Source of the DNA: Candidatus Latescibacterota bacterium
GTDB taxonomy: Bacteria; Latescibacterota; UBA2968
NCBI GenBank assembly: GCA_965116885.1
Contig: OZ220741.1
Coordinates: 2,176,001 to 2,240,000, forward strand
DNA length: 64,000 bases
Reading direction: 5' to 3'
Every line of letters begins with the position of its first letter. The stretch's first letter is position 1. Below, one piece after another: positions 38,728 through 48,455 of this stretch. A program made the translations under genes and the position numbers. The notes below the pieces were generated by a model. The model searched no databases. It saw only the letters and a program-made list of their open reading frames with translations, and was not told the origin of the DNA.

Positions 38728-39468
38728 ATGCAGATTCGCCTGACGCTCGAATACGATGGGACCGACTTTAAGGGCTGGCAAATTCAGCCTGACCAACGCA
38801 CGGTCCAGGGCGAGCTTCAGGCACGCCTTGAGCAACTCTATGGCGCACCGGTCCCGGTTATGGCGTCTGGTCGTACAGATGCAGGCGTTCACGCACTCGG
38901 GCAGGTCGTCAACTTTACGCCTACACGCGATATTCCGCTCGATCGCTTGCAGCACGCGCTCAATGGCATGTTGCCGCCCGATGTTGCGGTCAAAAGTGCC
39001 GATTATGTCGGCTCTGACTTTCACGCGCGTTTCGATGCCCAACGCCGTCATTATTTTTATTGTATCCGGCATAACAAACAGCCTATTGGTCGGCATTATG
39101 CGTGGTATATGCGCGGCGAACTCGATCTCAATGCAATAAAACGGGCGAGCAAAATTCTCATTGGACAACACGACTTTACGTCTTTTTGTGTGGCGGCCAA
39201 TGAAAAAGAAAATCGAGTCTGTCAGGTCTATACATGCGATTGGCAACGGCAGGGCGACGAACTCATATTTTATATTTCCGGTAACCGCTTTTTACGCGCA
39301 ATGGTGCGCAGTATCGTTGGCACCCTCGTAGAAATGGGTCGAGGGGCGCGACCAGCCGAATCTATGCGCGATATTCTCGGTGCTCGCAACCGCCAAAGTG
39401 CCGGAGAATCCGCTCCTGCCCAGGGTTTGTTTCTCGAAAGGGTGATTTACGACGGTGAACTCCCGTGA
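38728..39468 (+). CDS. truA: tRNA pseudouridine(38-40) synthase
   Basis: YDGTDFKGWQ, SGRTDAGVHA, FHARF, GQHDF, FLRAMVR, APAQGLFL. Confidence 0.96.
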   Translation: MQIRLTLEYDGTDFKGWQIQPDQRTVQGELQARLEQLYGAPVPVMASGRTDAGVHALGQVVNFTPTRDIPLDRLQHALNGMLPPDVAVKSADYVGSDFHARFDAQRRHYFYCIRHNKQPIGRHYAWYMRGELDLNAIKRASKILIGQHDFTSFCVAANEKENRVCQVYTCDWQRQGDELIFYISGNRFLRAMVRSIVGTLVEMGRGARPAESMRDILGARNRQSAGESAPAQGLFLERVIYDGELP

Positions 39469-40586
39469 GGATGAGTGCCGTGAAGCACCCCCTGCTGATT
39501 TTGCTATTGGGCTTGTGTATTGGCCTGGCGCTATTTCCCCTGCTCAATCGGTCTTCGTCCAACACGAGCGCGGTAAGTACAAGTATTGAGACGTCGCGCC
39601 GAAATGCCATTGTTCGTGCTGTTGAAAATGTGGCGCCAGCAGTCGTTAGCATCAATACGGTTTACGATCGGGATTATCCCCGATATCACGATCCCTTTTT
39701 TGAACCCTTTGAACCTTTTTCCAACAGACAGCGCATTCCTGGAATCGGCTCGGGGTTCGTGATACAGACCGATGGTTATATTCTGACCAGCAGCCATGTT
39801 GTCGATGGTGCTCGGGAAATTTTTGTCATCTTTCCCGATGGTCGTCGGTTTGATGTCCTCGATATTTTTATAGATCGTCAATGGGATCTTGCCGTTGTAC
39901 AGATTGATGCCGATAGTCTCTATGTTCCCGAGATTGGGACATCTGAAGGCGTTATTATCGGCGAATGGGCAATCGCGCTTGGAAACCCTTTTGGCTTGCA
40001 CTTTGAAGATCTCAATCCCACCGTTACGGTTGGTGTTATTAGTGCAGTAGATCGCATTGTTCGCCCAGAGCAAAACGAACGTGCCTACAAAGGCATGATT
40101 CAAACGGACGCTTCAATTAACCCCGGCAACAGCGGCGGTCCTCTGGTGAATAGCCTCGGCCGGGTTATTGGCATTAATTCGTTTATTTTTTCGCAGGGTG
40201 GATCGCTGGGCATCGGTTTTGCTGTGCCCATTGATCGCGCAATCCAGGTGGCTTGCCAACTCATTGACCAGGGTAGCCGCGAGTTCTGGACTGGGCTGGA
40301 TATTCACAACCTCAACCCGCATATTGCTCGCACCCTTGGGGTTGAGACAATTAAAGGTGCTTTGATCACTGTCGTCGATCCCCTCAGCCCAGGTGAAAGT
40401 GCCGGGTTGTTGCTCGGTGATGTGATTGTGATGGTCAATGATACAAATACCAGTAGTGCTGATGATGTCGTAGATGCTTTTCGGTACGCGGCTGTTGGCG
40501 ATACATTTAATCTCAAAATTTTGCGTGGTCGAGGCCACGTATTTGATACCCAACTCGTCTTAGAAGCCGACCCGCGCAACGAGTAA
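39465..40586 (+). CDS. HtrA/DegP-family serine protease with one PDZ domain
   Basis: GSGFVI, TSSHVV, DLAVV, IQTDASINPGNSGGPL; C-terminal PDZ. Confidence 0.92.
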   Translation: MRMSAVKHPLLILLLGLCIGLALFPLLNRSSSNTSAVSTSIETSRRNAIVRAVENVAPAVVSINTVYDRDYPRYHDPFFEPFEPFSNRQRIPGIGSGFVIQTDGYILTSSHVVDGAREIFVIFPDGRRFDVLDIFIDRQWDLAVVQIDADSLYVPEIGTSEGVIIGEWAIALGNPFGLHFEDLNPTVTVGVISAVDRIVRPEQNERAYKGMIQTDASINPGNSGGPLVNSLGRVIGINSFIFSQGGSLGIGFAVPIDRAIQVACQLIDQGSREFWTGLDIHNLNPHIARTLGVETIKGALITVVDPLSPGESAGLLLGDVIVMVNDTNTSSADDVVDAFRYAAVGDTFNLKILRGRGHVFDTQLVLEADPRNE

Positions 40587-40601
40587 TCCCCGATTGGAGC
40601 C

Positions 40602-41333
40602 TTGTCAATGAATGCCAAAGCAGCCCTGCCCAGCCTGTTTACCATTAGCAGTTTGTTTTGTGGTTTTTTATCTATGTACTATGCTGTGGATGGGCGTTTT
40701 ATCGGTGCAGCACTTCTCATCGTTATTGCGGGGTTTCTCGATGCGTGCGACGGGAAAATTGCGCGATACTTCCATACGTCCAGCAACTTTGGTGTCCAAT
40801 TTGATTCCATTGTCGATGTCTGCTCTTTTGGCGTGGCCCCGGCTTTGCTCATGTTGTACTATCTCGATACCTTGCTGGTCATTATCTGGTTGCCTTTTGT
40901 TGTTTGTTTTTTATTTCTGCTTTGCGGTGCGCTGAGGTTGGCGCGTTTCAATACGCAATTAAAGGGATTTGACAAAGAAAATTTTTCTGGTCTCCCGATT
41001 CCAACGGCAGCGGGTACCCTGGCCGCATATATTCTTTTTTCAGAACATGTGTGGCAGAGCAGCACCCACGCGCCTCATTTTGCTATTGCCTTGTGTGTTA
41101 TGCTCTCATTTCTCATGATCAGCACAATTGAATACAGTGCGTTTCCGAGGTTATCCATAGAAACCAGACGCGGTCGCATACGCTTGATTTTTCTACTATG
41201 TATTATTGTGCTTATGTTTTTTTATACTTATGAAGTATTCTTTCCCGTGGCTCTCGCCATTTCCCTATCTGGTCTGTTCAGATGGTTGTATTATACCATC
41301 ACAGATCGTGAAGTGGCAGATGTACGGGACTAA
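40602..41333 (+). CDS. pssA: CDP-diacylglycerol--serine O-phosphatidyltransferase
   Basis: DACDGKIAR...FGVQFDSIVDVCSFGVAPA, LRLARFN, FSGLPIP. Confidence 0.9.
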   Translation: MSMNAKAALPSLFTISSLFCGFLSMYYAVDGRFIGAALLIVIAGFLDACDGKIARYFHTSSNFGVQFDSIVDVCSFGVAPALLMLYYLDTLLVIIWLPFVVCFLFLLCGALRLARFNTQLKGFDKENFSGLPIPTAAGTLAAYILFSEHVWQSSTHAPHFAIALCVMLSFLMISTIEYSAFPRLSIETRRGRIRLIFLLCIIVLMFFYTYEVFFPVALAISLSGLFRWLYYTITDREVADVRD

Positions 41334-41355
41334 AAATTCACTTTTTTTGTAAAGC

Positions 41356-41640
41356 GTGGTTATGGGGCGAAGAAGTCTGGGAATTCTCATTGTTGCGATT
41401 TTTGTCGGCATTCTTGCTGGCAACGTGGTTGGTCAGGTTCTGGCTGTTGTTTTTGACAGTCTTGGCCTGGAAAATAATGTAGCGCAAAAAGTACTTGTTG
41501 AATCTTATGTCTATAAGCTCAATCCCATTGAGATCAACTTGATCATTATGACCTTTACATTGGGTTTTTCAATCGACTTCAATGTGTTGAGCTTTCTCGG
41601 TATTGGGGTAGCCTGGTACTACGTTAAGTATTCCTATTGA
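41356..41640 (+). CDS. DUF4321-like small membrane protein
   Basis: Two hydrophobic segments, INLIIMTFTLGFSIDFNVLSFLG. Confidence 0.7.
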   Translation: MVMGRRSLGILIVAIFVGILAGNVVGQVLAVVFDSLGLENNVAQKVLVESYVYKLNPIEINLIIMTFTLGFSIDFNVLSFLGIGVAWYYVKYSY

Positions 41641-41660
41641 GTTATTTCAGGAGGTGTGAC

Positions 41661-41897
41661 ATGTTCGGCATGGGACCGTGGGAAATCGTATTGATTTTGG
41701 TCGTTGTCCTGCTGGTGTTTGGTGCAAAACGCATTCCCGAAATTGCCCAGTCTCTCGGCAAGGGCATTACCGAATTTAAGCGCGGCGTAAAGGACGTTCA
41801 GACGGAAATAGAAAATAACGTCAATACTGCTCCGCCTCCCGAACCACAACCCACACAGACCACACAGACCACATCGGGTACAGAAACAAAATCGTAA
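41661..41897 (+). CDS. tatA: Twin-arginine translocase TatA/TatE
   Basis: MFGMGPWEIVLILVVVLLVFGAKRIPEIAQSLGKGITEFK; AGGAGG SD. Confidence 0.95.
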   Translation: MFGMGPWEIVLILVVVLLVFGAKRIPEIAQSLGKGITEFKRGVKDVQTEIENNVNTAPPPEPQPTQTTQTTSGTETKS

Positions 41898-41909
41898 TCT
41901 GGAGGCAGG

Positions 41910-43367
41910 GTGGCTGACGATTCTGTTTTTTCCGCCCAAACAGCGCGAGGGCTTGTACACGGCATTCGCAGAGGGGTGCATACAGCCCGCGAAATAACGG
42001 AAGAGATCCTCGCGCACATCCAAAATACAAATCCCGATATCAATGCCTTCATCACTATTGATGAAGAAGGCGCGCTCAAAGCAGCAGATGCTGTCGATCA
42101 AAAGGCCGCGGAGGATCAGGTCCTCGGCCCTCTCGCAGGTGTCCCGATTGCGCTGAAAGATGTGTTGTGTACCAAGGGGCTGCGCACGACCTGTGCTTCA
42201 AGAATTCTCGATAATTTTATCCCGCCTTATGACGCAACCGTTGTTTCCCGTCTGCGTCAAGCCGATGCAATTATCCTGGGCAAACTCAATATGGATGAGT
42301 TTGCCATGGGCTCTTCCAGCGAAAATTCCCATTTTGGTGCGGTCAAAAATCCACGCGATCAAACCCGCGTGACAGGCGGGTCCAGCGGTGGTTCTGCAGC
42401 TGCTGTTGCCGCCGGTCAGGCTCTTATGACCCTGGGGTCTGACACTGGGGGGTCTGTTCGTTTGCCCGCTTCTTTCTGCGGTGTGGTGGGGATTAAACCC
42501 ACTTATGGTCGCGTTTCTCGTTATGGCCTGATCGCTTATGCCTCTTCGCTTGACCAAATTGGCCCATTTGCGCGTACTGTCGAAGATGCGGCCACTCTGC
42601 TCGGCGTCATTGCCGGGCACGATCCCCGCGATTCTACTTCTGCCCATGTACCGGTGCCCGATTACCTTTTGGCCTGTCAAAGAGGCGTTGATGGTCTCAC
42701 CATTGGCTTGCCGACAGAGTTTTTCGGCGAGGGTCTGCAAGCCGATGTTCGCAATGCCGTTATGCAGGGGGTTGAAATTCTGGAAAAAAATGGCGCATCT
42801 ATTCGCGAGGTTTCGCTGCCTACTGCTGGACATCCCGCTTTTGCAATTGCCGCATATTATATTATCGCTACGGCTGAAGCGTCGTCCAATTTGTCGCGTT
42901 ACGATGGGGTGAAATACGGTTTCCGCGATGAGGCGGAAAGCCTGATTGATATGTATGTTCAAACGCGCAGCAAGGGTTTTGGCGCAGAGGTCAAGCGTCG
43001 CATTATGCTGGGGACTTATGCTCTGAGTGCGGGGTATTACGATGCGTATTACCGCAAGGCGCAACAGGTGCGTACGCTTATTCGTCGAGATTTTGACCGC
43101 GCGTTTGAATCCTGCGATCTCCTCGCTTCGCCCGTATCGCCTACTCCGGCGTTTAAGCTGGGTGAAAAACTCGACGATCCGCTTCAGATGTACCTTTCCG
43201 ATATTTATACCGTTTCTGTGAATCTCGCGGGTATTCCCGGTATTTCGGTGCCTTGTGGTACATCGACCGAAGGCTTGCCCGTGGGCTTGCAGTTGCTCGG
43301 CAATGCCTTTGCTGAAGAAACCATTTTGAGCGCGTCTGCGGTTGTTGAAAGAGAATTGGCGTTATGA
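41910..43367 (+). CDS. gatA: Asp/Glu-tRNA amidotransferase subunit A
   Basis: [50 protein letters not shown]. Confidence 0.96.
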   Translation: MADDSVFSAQTARGLVHGIRRGVHTAREITEEILAHIQNTNPDINAFITIDEEGALKAADAVDQKAAEDQVLGPLAGVPIALKDVLCTKGLRTTCASRILDNFIPPYDATVVSRLRQADAIILGKLNMDEFAMGSSSENSHFGAVKNPRDQTRVTGGSSGGSAAAVAAGQALMTLGSDTGGSVRLPASFCGVVGIKPTYGRVSRYGLIAYASSLDQIGPFARTVEDAATLLGVIAGHDPRDSTSAHVPVPDYLLACQRGVDGLTIGLPTEFFGEGLQADVRNAVMQGVEILEKNGASIREVSLPTAGHPAFAIAAYYIIATAEASSNLSRYDGVKYGFRDEAESLIDMYVQTRSKGFGAEVKRRIMLGTYALSAGYYDAYYRKAQQVRTLIRRDFDRAFESCDLLASPVSPTPAFKLGEKLDDPLQMYLSDIYTVSVNLAGIPGISVPCGTSTEGLPVGLQLLGNAFAEETILSASAVVERELAL

Positions 43368-44815
43368 CTTACGAATCCGTCATCGGCCTGGAAGTGCATG
43401 CCCAGCTTGCGACTGCTACTAAAATTTTTTGTGGATGTAGCGCCGAATTTGGCGCCGATCCCAATACCCATGTTTGTCCTGTGTGTTTGGGCTTGCCTGG
43501 CGCGCTTCCCGTGTTGAATCAAAATGTGGTTGAACTGGCGATGCACATTGCGCTTGCCGCGGGTTGTACCATTCAACCGCGTAGCCGTTTTTTGCGGAAG
43601 AATTATTTTTATCCCGATCTGCCCAAGGGGTATCAGATTTCGCAGTTTCAATCGAATGAAGAAATGCCCCTGGCTACTGGTGGAGGTGTTGACGTGCCCA
43701 CGGCTGATGGGGGTAGAAAGACCATTCGCCTTACGCGTATCCATATGGAAGAAGATGCTGGCAAGAGCATCCACCAGGAGGCTTTTGTGGCTGCCGGGGA
43801 GTCTCTCGTGGATGTCAATCGCTGTGGTGTGCCGCTTATCGAGATTGTGAGTGAGCCGGATCTCTCGACGTCGGAGGAAGCTTTTCACTATCTGACGAGT
43901 TTGCATCAGTTGCTGGTGTACACGGGTGTTTCTGAAGGCGATATGGAAAAAGGACATATGCGGATCGATGCCAATGTGTCGATTCGGCCCGTTGGAGAAA
44001 CCCGGCTCGGTACGAAGGTTGAGATCAAGAATGTCAATTCTTTTCGCAATTGCCAGCGTGCTATCGAGTCCGAGATTCAGCGGCAGATTGATTTGGTTGA
44101 GACCGGAGGTGAGATTGAGCAGGCGACTATGCTCTACGATCCCGATCGCAATATTTTGCGGGCTATGCGTACAAAAGAGGAATCGGACGATTATCGCTAT
44201 TTCCCCGATCCGGATCTGGTTCCCCTTGTCGTAGATGGTGCCTGGGTCAAGCGCGTTCAGAGCCAGATTCCAGAGTTGCCAGAGGACAAACGCGCGCGGT
44301 TTGCAGAGGTTTACGATATTTCTGCCGATCAGATTGATGTGCTTACCGCGGATCGAGATGTTGCCGATTATTTTGAAGCTGCTGTTGCGGCGGGTGTGCA
44401 GAGCAAGCTTGCGGCCAATTGGATACAGGGCGATGTGATGCGCGTTCTCAATGATCGGAAGATCGCGATTGGCGATTTGCGCGTTTCAGCCGAATCTCTC
44501 GCGGAGTTGATCGGTTTGATCGATAAGGGCGATATCAGCACCAGTATCGCGAGGACGGTTTTTGACGATATGGTCGAGACGGGGGATAGTCCATCAGCTA
44601 TTGTGGAGAAAAAGGGGCTTGTGCAGATTAGCGATGCGGGTGAACTCGATGGCGTGATCGATCAGATTATTGCTGATAATCCCGACGAGGTGGAACGGTT
44701 TAAAGGCGGGGACCAGAAGCTTATGGGGTTCTTTATGGGGCAGCTTATGAGAGCTACAAAAGGTCAGGCGAATCCCCAAAAAGCCAGTCAGTTGTTGCGG
44801 GAGAAATTGAGTTGA
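43364..44815 (+). CDS. gatB: Asp/Glu-tRNA amidotransferase subunit B
   Basis: [42 protein letters not shown]. Confidence 0.97.
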   Translation: MTYESVIGLEVHAQLATATKIFCGCSAEFGADPNTHVCPVCLGLPGALPVLNQNVVELAMHIALAAGCTIQPRSRFLRKNYFYPDLPKGYQISQFQSNEEMPLATGGGVDVPTADGGRKTIRLTRIHMEEDAGKSIHQEAFVAAGESLVDVNRCGVPLIEIVSEPDLSTSEEAFHYLTSLHQLLVYTGVSEGDMEKGHMRIDANVSIRPVGETRLGTKVEIKNVNSFRNCQRAIESEIQRQIDLVETGGEIEQATMLYDPDRNILRAMRTKEESDDYRYFPDPDLVPLVVDGAWVKRVQSQIPELPEDKRARFAEVYDISADQIDVLTADRDVADYFEAAVAAGVQSKLAANWIQGDVMRVLNDRKIAIGDLRVSAESLAELIGLIDKGDISTSIARTVFDDMVETGDSPSAIVEKKGLVQISDAGELDGVIDQIIADNPDEVERFKGGDQKLMGFFMGQLMRATKGQANPQKASQLLREKLS

Positions 44816-44841
44816 TGTAAATCGAAGAAAGGTATTAAAAA

Positions 44842-45087
44842 ATGACTACTTCAAATGTCTCGGCAGATGCTACAAAAGTTGCAGATTTAACAATTGATGA
44901 GTTTAGAGAGCTCGTGCAGGAAGTTGTCATACAAACGCTCTCAGAAATGATGAGCGATCCGGATGAAGGGCTGGAATTGCGCGATGACTTCGTCGAAGAA
45001 CTTGAGCAATCCATTGCTGATGTGAAAGCTGGTGGCAAAACTGTGCCTGCACAGAAAGTCGCTGAAGAACTGGGGCTGACCTGGTGA
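44842..45087 (+). CDS. Putative type II antitoxin
   Basis: Acidic 81 aa (DPDEGLELRDDFVEEL...VAEELGL), coupled to the downstream RelE gene. Confidence 0.75.
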   Translation: MTTSNVSADATKVADLTIDEFRELVQEVVIQTLSEMMSDPDEGLELRDDFVEELEQSIADVKAGGKTVPAQKVAEELGLTW

Positions 45088-45347
45088 TGTATGAGGTAGA
45101 ATTTACGTCCAATGCCGAATCCGATTTAGGCCGTTTGGATGCGCCAATAGCACAGCGAGTGCTTACAAGACTGCGATGGTTAGCCGAGAATTTTGATGCG
45201 ATTAGACCCGAAGCGCTTAGGGGAAATTGGAGGGGTATGTTCAAGTTGCGAGTTGGCGATTATCGCGTACTCTATACCTTTAATCGGACAAAACGAGAGA
45301 TTGTTGTTCACTATGCCAGACATCGTCGTGAAGTGTACAGAGATTAG
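45084..45347 (+). CDS. RelE/ParE family type II toxin
   Basis: YEVEFT..A..DL, LRG, KLRVGDYRVLY, HRREVY. Confidence 0.9.
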   Translation: MMYEVEFTSNAESDLGRLDAPIAQRVLTRLRWLAENFDAIRPEALRGNWRGMFKLRVGDYRVLYTFNRTKREIVVHYARHRREVYRD

Positions 45348-45379
45348 ATGATGGCTGATGAGTTGTTCACTAAAATGGG

Positions 45380-45475
45380 TCAAGTCCAGCTTGTATAGTC
45401 GGCGGCGACTGCTGATCGCACAATCTCTGCTGAAGCTACGAGAATCCCAATGCTTCAGCTTTGGGAGTATGTCAA
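45380..45475 (+). mobile_element. Orphan IS200/IS605 right end / omegaRNA 3' remnant
   Basis: GAAT-CCCAA-tgcttcagct-TTGGG-agtatg-TCAA; upstream GCTGAAGC complements loop GCTTCAGC. Left boundary uncertain. Confidence 0.7.
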
Positions 45476-47040
45476 ATCAGCGTGTTCACGTTATTCTCGG
45501 GCCTGGTATAGTCGATAAACTCAGTCGGATTTGTTCCATTGAGGTATTCCTCAATGTTGGTGTATCCGTCGTTGTCCTTGTCCTTTGAGGTGTTGGCAGC
45601 GTCATGCGGATCAAACCCGTATCTCTTTTCCCATTCGTCTGGCATACCGTCCGCATCACTGTCAAGCGGGGCAGGCAGACTTTTGAGTTCGGGCCACCCA
45701 CCAACATCTGCCTGTGAATCAATAATACCGCATTTTTTTGATTCATTGGGTACGCGGTTATTCTTCTCGTATGTTCCGCCTTCATAAGTGGCATAGCCAT
45801 TACGGGTTTCGTCAATAATGCGTGTATCCACTGCATCGCGTTTGGGCAGTGAGGCGCCTGCATTCTCAAGAACAGCGTGATAGGCATCTTCAGCCGTTTG
45901 CTGGTTGATAGGTATAGCGTCAAAAGGTCGGTCGAGTTTTAATTTTGGAATATGCGAACTTCCGTCCTCAGGCTGCACGCCACCATCCCAGTTATTCGCA
46001 GTAACTGCGGAATTGCCATGAACTACATTATCGGCAACATACCATTTGCCGAAACCATCTGCTGAATCATTAGATGTAGGATTAACAATGCGGTACGTCA
46101 CCTCACTTGAACGGGTTGCAGGTCCCGGCTTGTAGTAATTGGCTACCATGTTGACTACGGTAAAGTTAAACTTCTCATTGCCTGCCTGTTGTTTCTCACC
46201 ACCATAGGCACTGTTATAACCCCAGTTGTACACCACGTTATTTCTGAAATCGTTATATCCGCAACCAGAAGCAAAACGCGGATTCCGGCTGGTGTGGTGT
46301 GCCAGCAGGTTGTGATGGTACGTGCTGCGGTTTGATCCCCATATTCCCCCGAACCCATGGGTGCCTTTAACATGGCCAGCATCGTACAAACTTTCCGATA
46401 TCAGACACCATTGAATGGTTACATTTTCGCAATGGTAAATAGACACCGTTTCATCAATGCTCCAACTCGCTGACACATGATCGAGGATAATGTTCTTGTG
46501 ATACCTGCTGGATATGGCATCTGAGTCATCGCCGGTTTCATCTCCCAATCTTACCCTTATATACCTGATAATAACTTCGCTGGTATTAATTGAGAGCGGG
46601 TATCTCCTGATGCAAATCCCATCACCTGGGGCAGTTTGTCCGGCGATGGTGATGTACGGGTTGGAGATTCTTAAACGCTTTTCAAGGGTAATCGTCCCCG
46701 AAACTCCGAACACGACGATACGTGGTCCTTCAGTTTCGCATGCCTCGCGCAAGCTGCCTGGTCCAGAGTCGTTCAGATTCGTTACAATGATGACTTTTCC
46801 ACCTCTACCTCCGCGCGTCATTGCGCCATAACCTTCGGCACCCGGAAATGCTGGAATAGATGGAATGTCTTCTGCATATACATTCGGAATCAGTGCGAGA
46901 ATACCAATACACACAAAAAGCAAATAGATGTGCAGAAGTATCGGCTGGCAAACATAGATTCGGTGATTGGTGTCAGTGGGGACGTGAAATGTATCTAACG
47001 TGGGTTCCGTAGTTGAAGGGTTACGTTCTATGACAGACAT
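45472..47040 (-). CDS. Pectate lyase (PL1-like) with C-terminal Ca-binding TSP3-like repeats
   Basis: AFPGAEGYG, GGRGG, VTNLNDSGPGSLR, TIAGQTAPGDG, DHVSASWSIDE, DSDADGMPDEWE, DNDGYTNIEEYLN. Confidence 0.88.
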   Translation of the reverse strand: MSVIERNPSTTEPTLDTFHVPTDTNHRIYVCQPILLHIYLLFVCIGILALIPNVYAEDIPSIPAFPGAEGYGAMTRGGRGGKVIIVTNLNDSGPGSLREACETEGPRIVVFGVSGTITLEKRLRISNPYITIAGQTAPGDGICIRRYPLSINTSEVIIRYIRVRLGDETGDDSDAISSRYHKNIILDHVSASWSIDETVSIYHCENVTIQWCLISESLYDAGHVKGTHGFGGIWGSNRSTYHHNLLAHHTSRNPRFASGCGYNDFRNNVVYNWGYNSAYGGEKQQAGNEKFNFTVVNMVANYYKPGPATRSSEVTYRIVNPTSNDSADGFGKWYVADNVVHGNSAVTANNWDGGVQPEDGSSHIPKLKLDRPFDAIPINQQTAEDAYHAVLENAGASLPKRDAVDTRIIDETRNGYATYEGGTYEKNNRVPNESKKCGIIDSQADVGGWPELKSLPAPLDSDADGMPDEWEKRYGFDPHDAANTSKDKDNDGYTNIEEYLNGTNPTEFIDYTRPENNVNTLI

Positions 47041-47229
47041 GATGCTCCTTTATGATCTTGTTTTTTGGTACAAAAAATCCGGATTTTTATCTGCAAAGCC
47101 CGTAAAACCCAAGTCCTTCAGGCTTGGGATATCAGGGCTTACGATTTTATGGTGTGGTGCTTTAGCATGGCGGCACAATCCTCAAGGGATTGTGGGCAGT
47201 GCATCAACAAGATTTATTCCATATTTCAC

Positions 47230-47258
47230 TTGACATAAATAGCACATAAATATATATT
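47230..47258 (+). promoter_or_regulatory. tnpB promoter, predicting a leaderless mRNA
   Basis: TTGACA-N17-TATATT ending 6 nt before the ATG at 47265; no SD. Confidence 0.6.
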
Positions 47259-47264
47259 TTTATT

Positions 47265-48389
47265 ATGGTTAAATCATTCAAATACAGATTGCGACCGACC
47301 AAAAAGCAAGAACAAATCTTGCTGGCGCATATTGATAAATGTCGTATTCTGTATAACCAACTACTCTGTGCGAGAATACAAGCATGGAAAAATGAGAATA
47401 AGTCTCTCTCGCAATATGACCAGACCAAAACAATACCATTGCTAAAACAACAACACGCCGCTTTCAAGCACGTATATAGTCAAGTGTTGCAACAAGTATC
47501 ACAGAGAGTAGATTTGGCATTCAAAGGATTCTTTCGGCGTCTCAAAGAGAAGTCAAAGACAGGCGAGAAAGCGGGTTTTCCCAGATACAAGAATGAGAAT
47601 CGCTATGATTCTATCACCTACCCTCAGTTTGCCAATGGATGTAGGTTGGACAACAAGGGCTTGCGATTGGGCAGTATTGGTTGCATTCGCATTGTCCAGC
47701 ACAGGTCACTTGAGGGTATCCCTAAGTCTTGCACAATCACGCGCACAGCAACAGGCAAATGGTTTGTATCTATCTCTTGCGATATTGGCGAAAAAGATAA
47801 GAAACCAAACACTAACTCTGCTGTTGGCATTGACGTGGGTCTCTATTCCTTTGCTGTGACCAGTGACGGACAGAAAATAGAGAATCAGAGATTCTTTCGC
47901 AAAGAGGAAAAAACGCTTGCCAAAGCACAGCGCAAATGGGACAAAGTGAAAAAAAGACCCAAGACCGACGCCGTAAGAGAAAAGCGTCGTAAAGTCATTG
48001 GTAGAGTGCATGAGCGTATCCGTAATAAACGACATAACTTTGCACACCAAGAGTCAAGGAAAATGGTCAATCGTCACAATTTCATAGCCGTCGAGAAATT
48101 GGACGTTCAAGAAATGCAAAAGAACAGACGATTGGCTAAATCAATATCAGACGTAGCGTGGTCCCTGTTTCGGCACTGTCTCAAATACAAAGCGGAAGAA
48201 GCTGGTATAGGATTCAAAGCCGTCAAGCCTGACTATACGTCACAAGATTGCTCTGCATGCGGACATAGAGAGAAAAAGACACTCTCAGATCGTGTGCATC
48301 ATTGCAAGGCGTGTGGCTATAAGACGGACAGAGACCACAATGCTGCGATAAACATATTGACGTTGGGGCTACAACGTCAGGCGGATTGA
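47265..48389 (+). CDS. tnpB: RNA-guided endonuclease TnpB
   Basis: N-terminal FKYRLRPT HTH; RuvC-I GIDVG, RuvC-II AVEKL, zinc finger CSACG/CKACG, RuvC-III DRDHNAA. Confidence 0.95.
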   Translation: MVKSFKYRLRPTKKQEQILLAHIDKCRILYNQLLCARIQAWKNENKSLSQYDQTKTIPLLKQQHAAFKHVYSQVLQQVSQRVDLAFKGFFRRLKEKSKTGEKAGFPRYKNENRYDSITYPQFANGCRLDNKGLRLGSIGCIRIVQHRSLEGIPKSCTITRTATGKWFVSISCDIGEKDKKPNTNSAVGIDVGLYSFAVTSDGQKIENQRFFRKEEKTLAKAQRKWDKVKKRPKTDAVREKRRKVIGRVHERIRNKRHNFAHQESRKMVNRHNFIAVEKLDVQEMQKNRRLAKSISDVAWSLFRHCLKYKAEEAGIGFKAVKPDYTSQDCSACGHREKKTLSDRVHHCKACGYKTDRDHNAAINILTLGLQRQAD

Positions 48390-48455
48390 CCGCCAAGAAG
48401 CCCAACTGCTTCAGCGTTGGGAGTAGTCACACCTTTTTACGAAGTATGACAATCC

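Larger units (their letters stand above)
47091..48430 (+). mobile_element. Non-autonomous IS200/IS605-family element (tnpB only)
   Basis: Left end TTAT|...AAAA-CCCAAG-tccttcagg-CTTGGG; right end GAAG-CCCAAC-tgcttcagc-GTTGGG-agtag-TCAC|; no tnpA. Confidence 0.88.

Noticed and set aside
44810..45475. TA pair as cargo of a non-autonomous IS605 starting at the TTGAT after gatB
   Set aside because: No left-end hairpin follows the TTGAT.
47265..48389. TnpB as Cas12f or a nuclease-dead TldR regulator
   Set aside because: No CRISPR array, both IS ends are present, and the catalytic D/E/D residues are intact.
47070..48452. IS insertion splitting the pectate lyase promoter
   Set aside because: The reconstructed empty site gives TTGTCA-N17-TAAAAA, whose -10 is too weak to claim.
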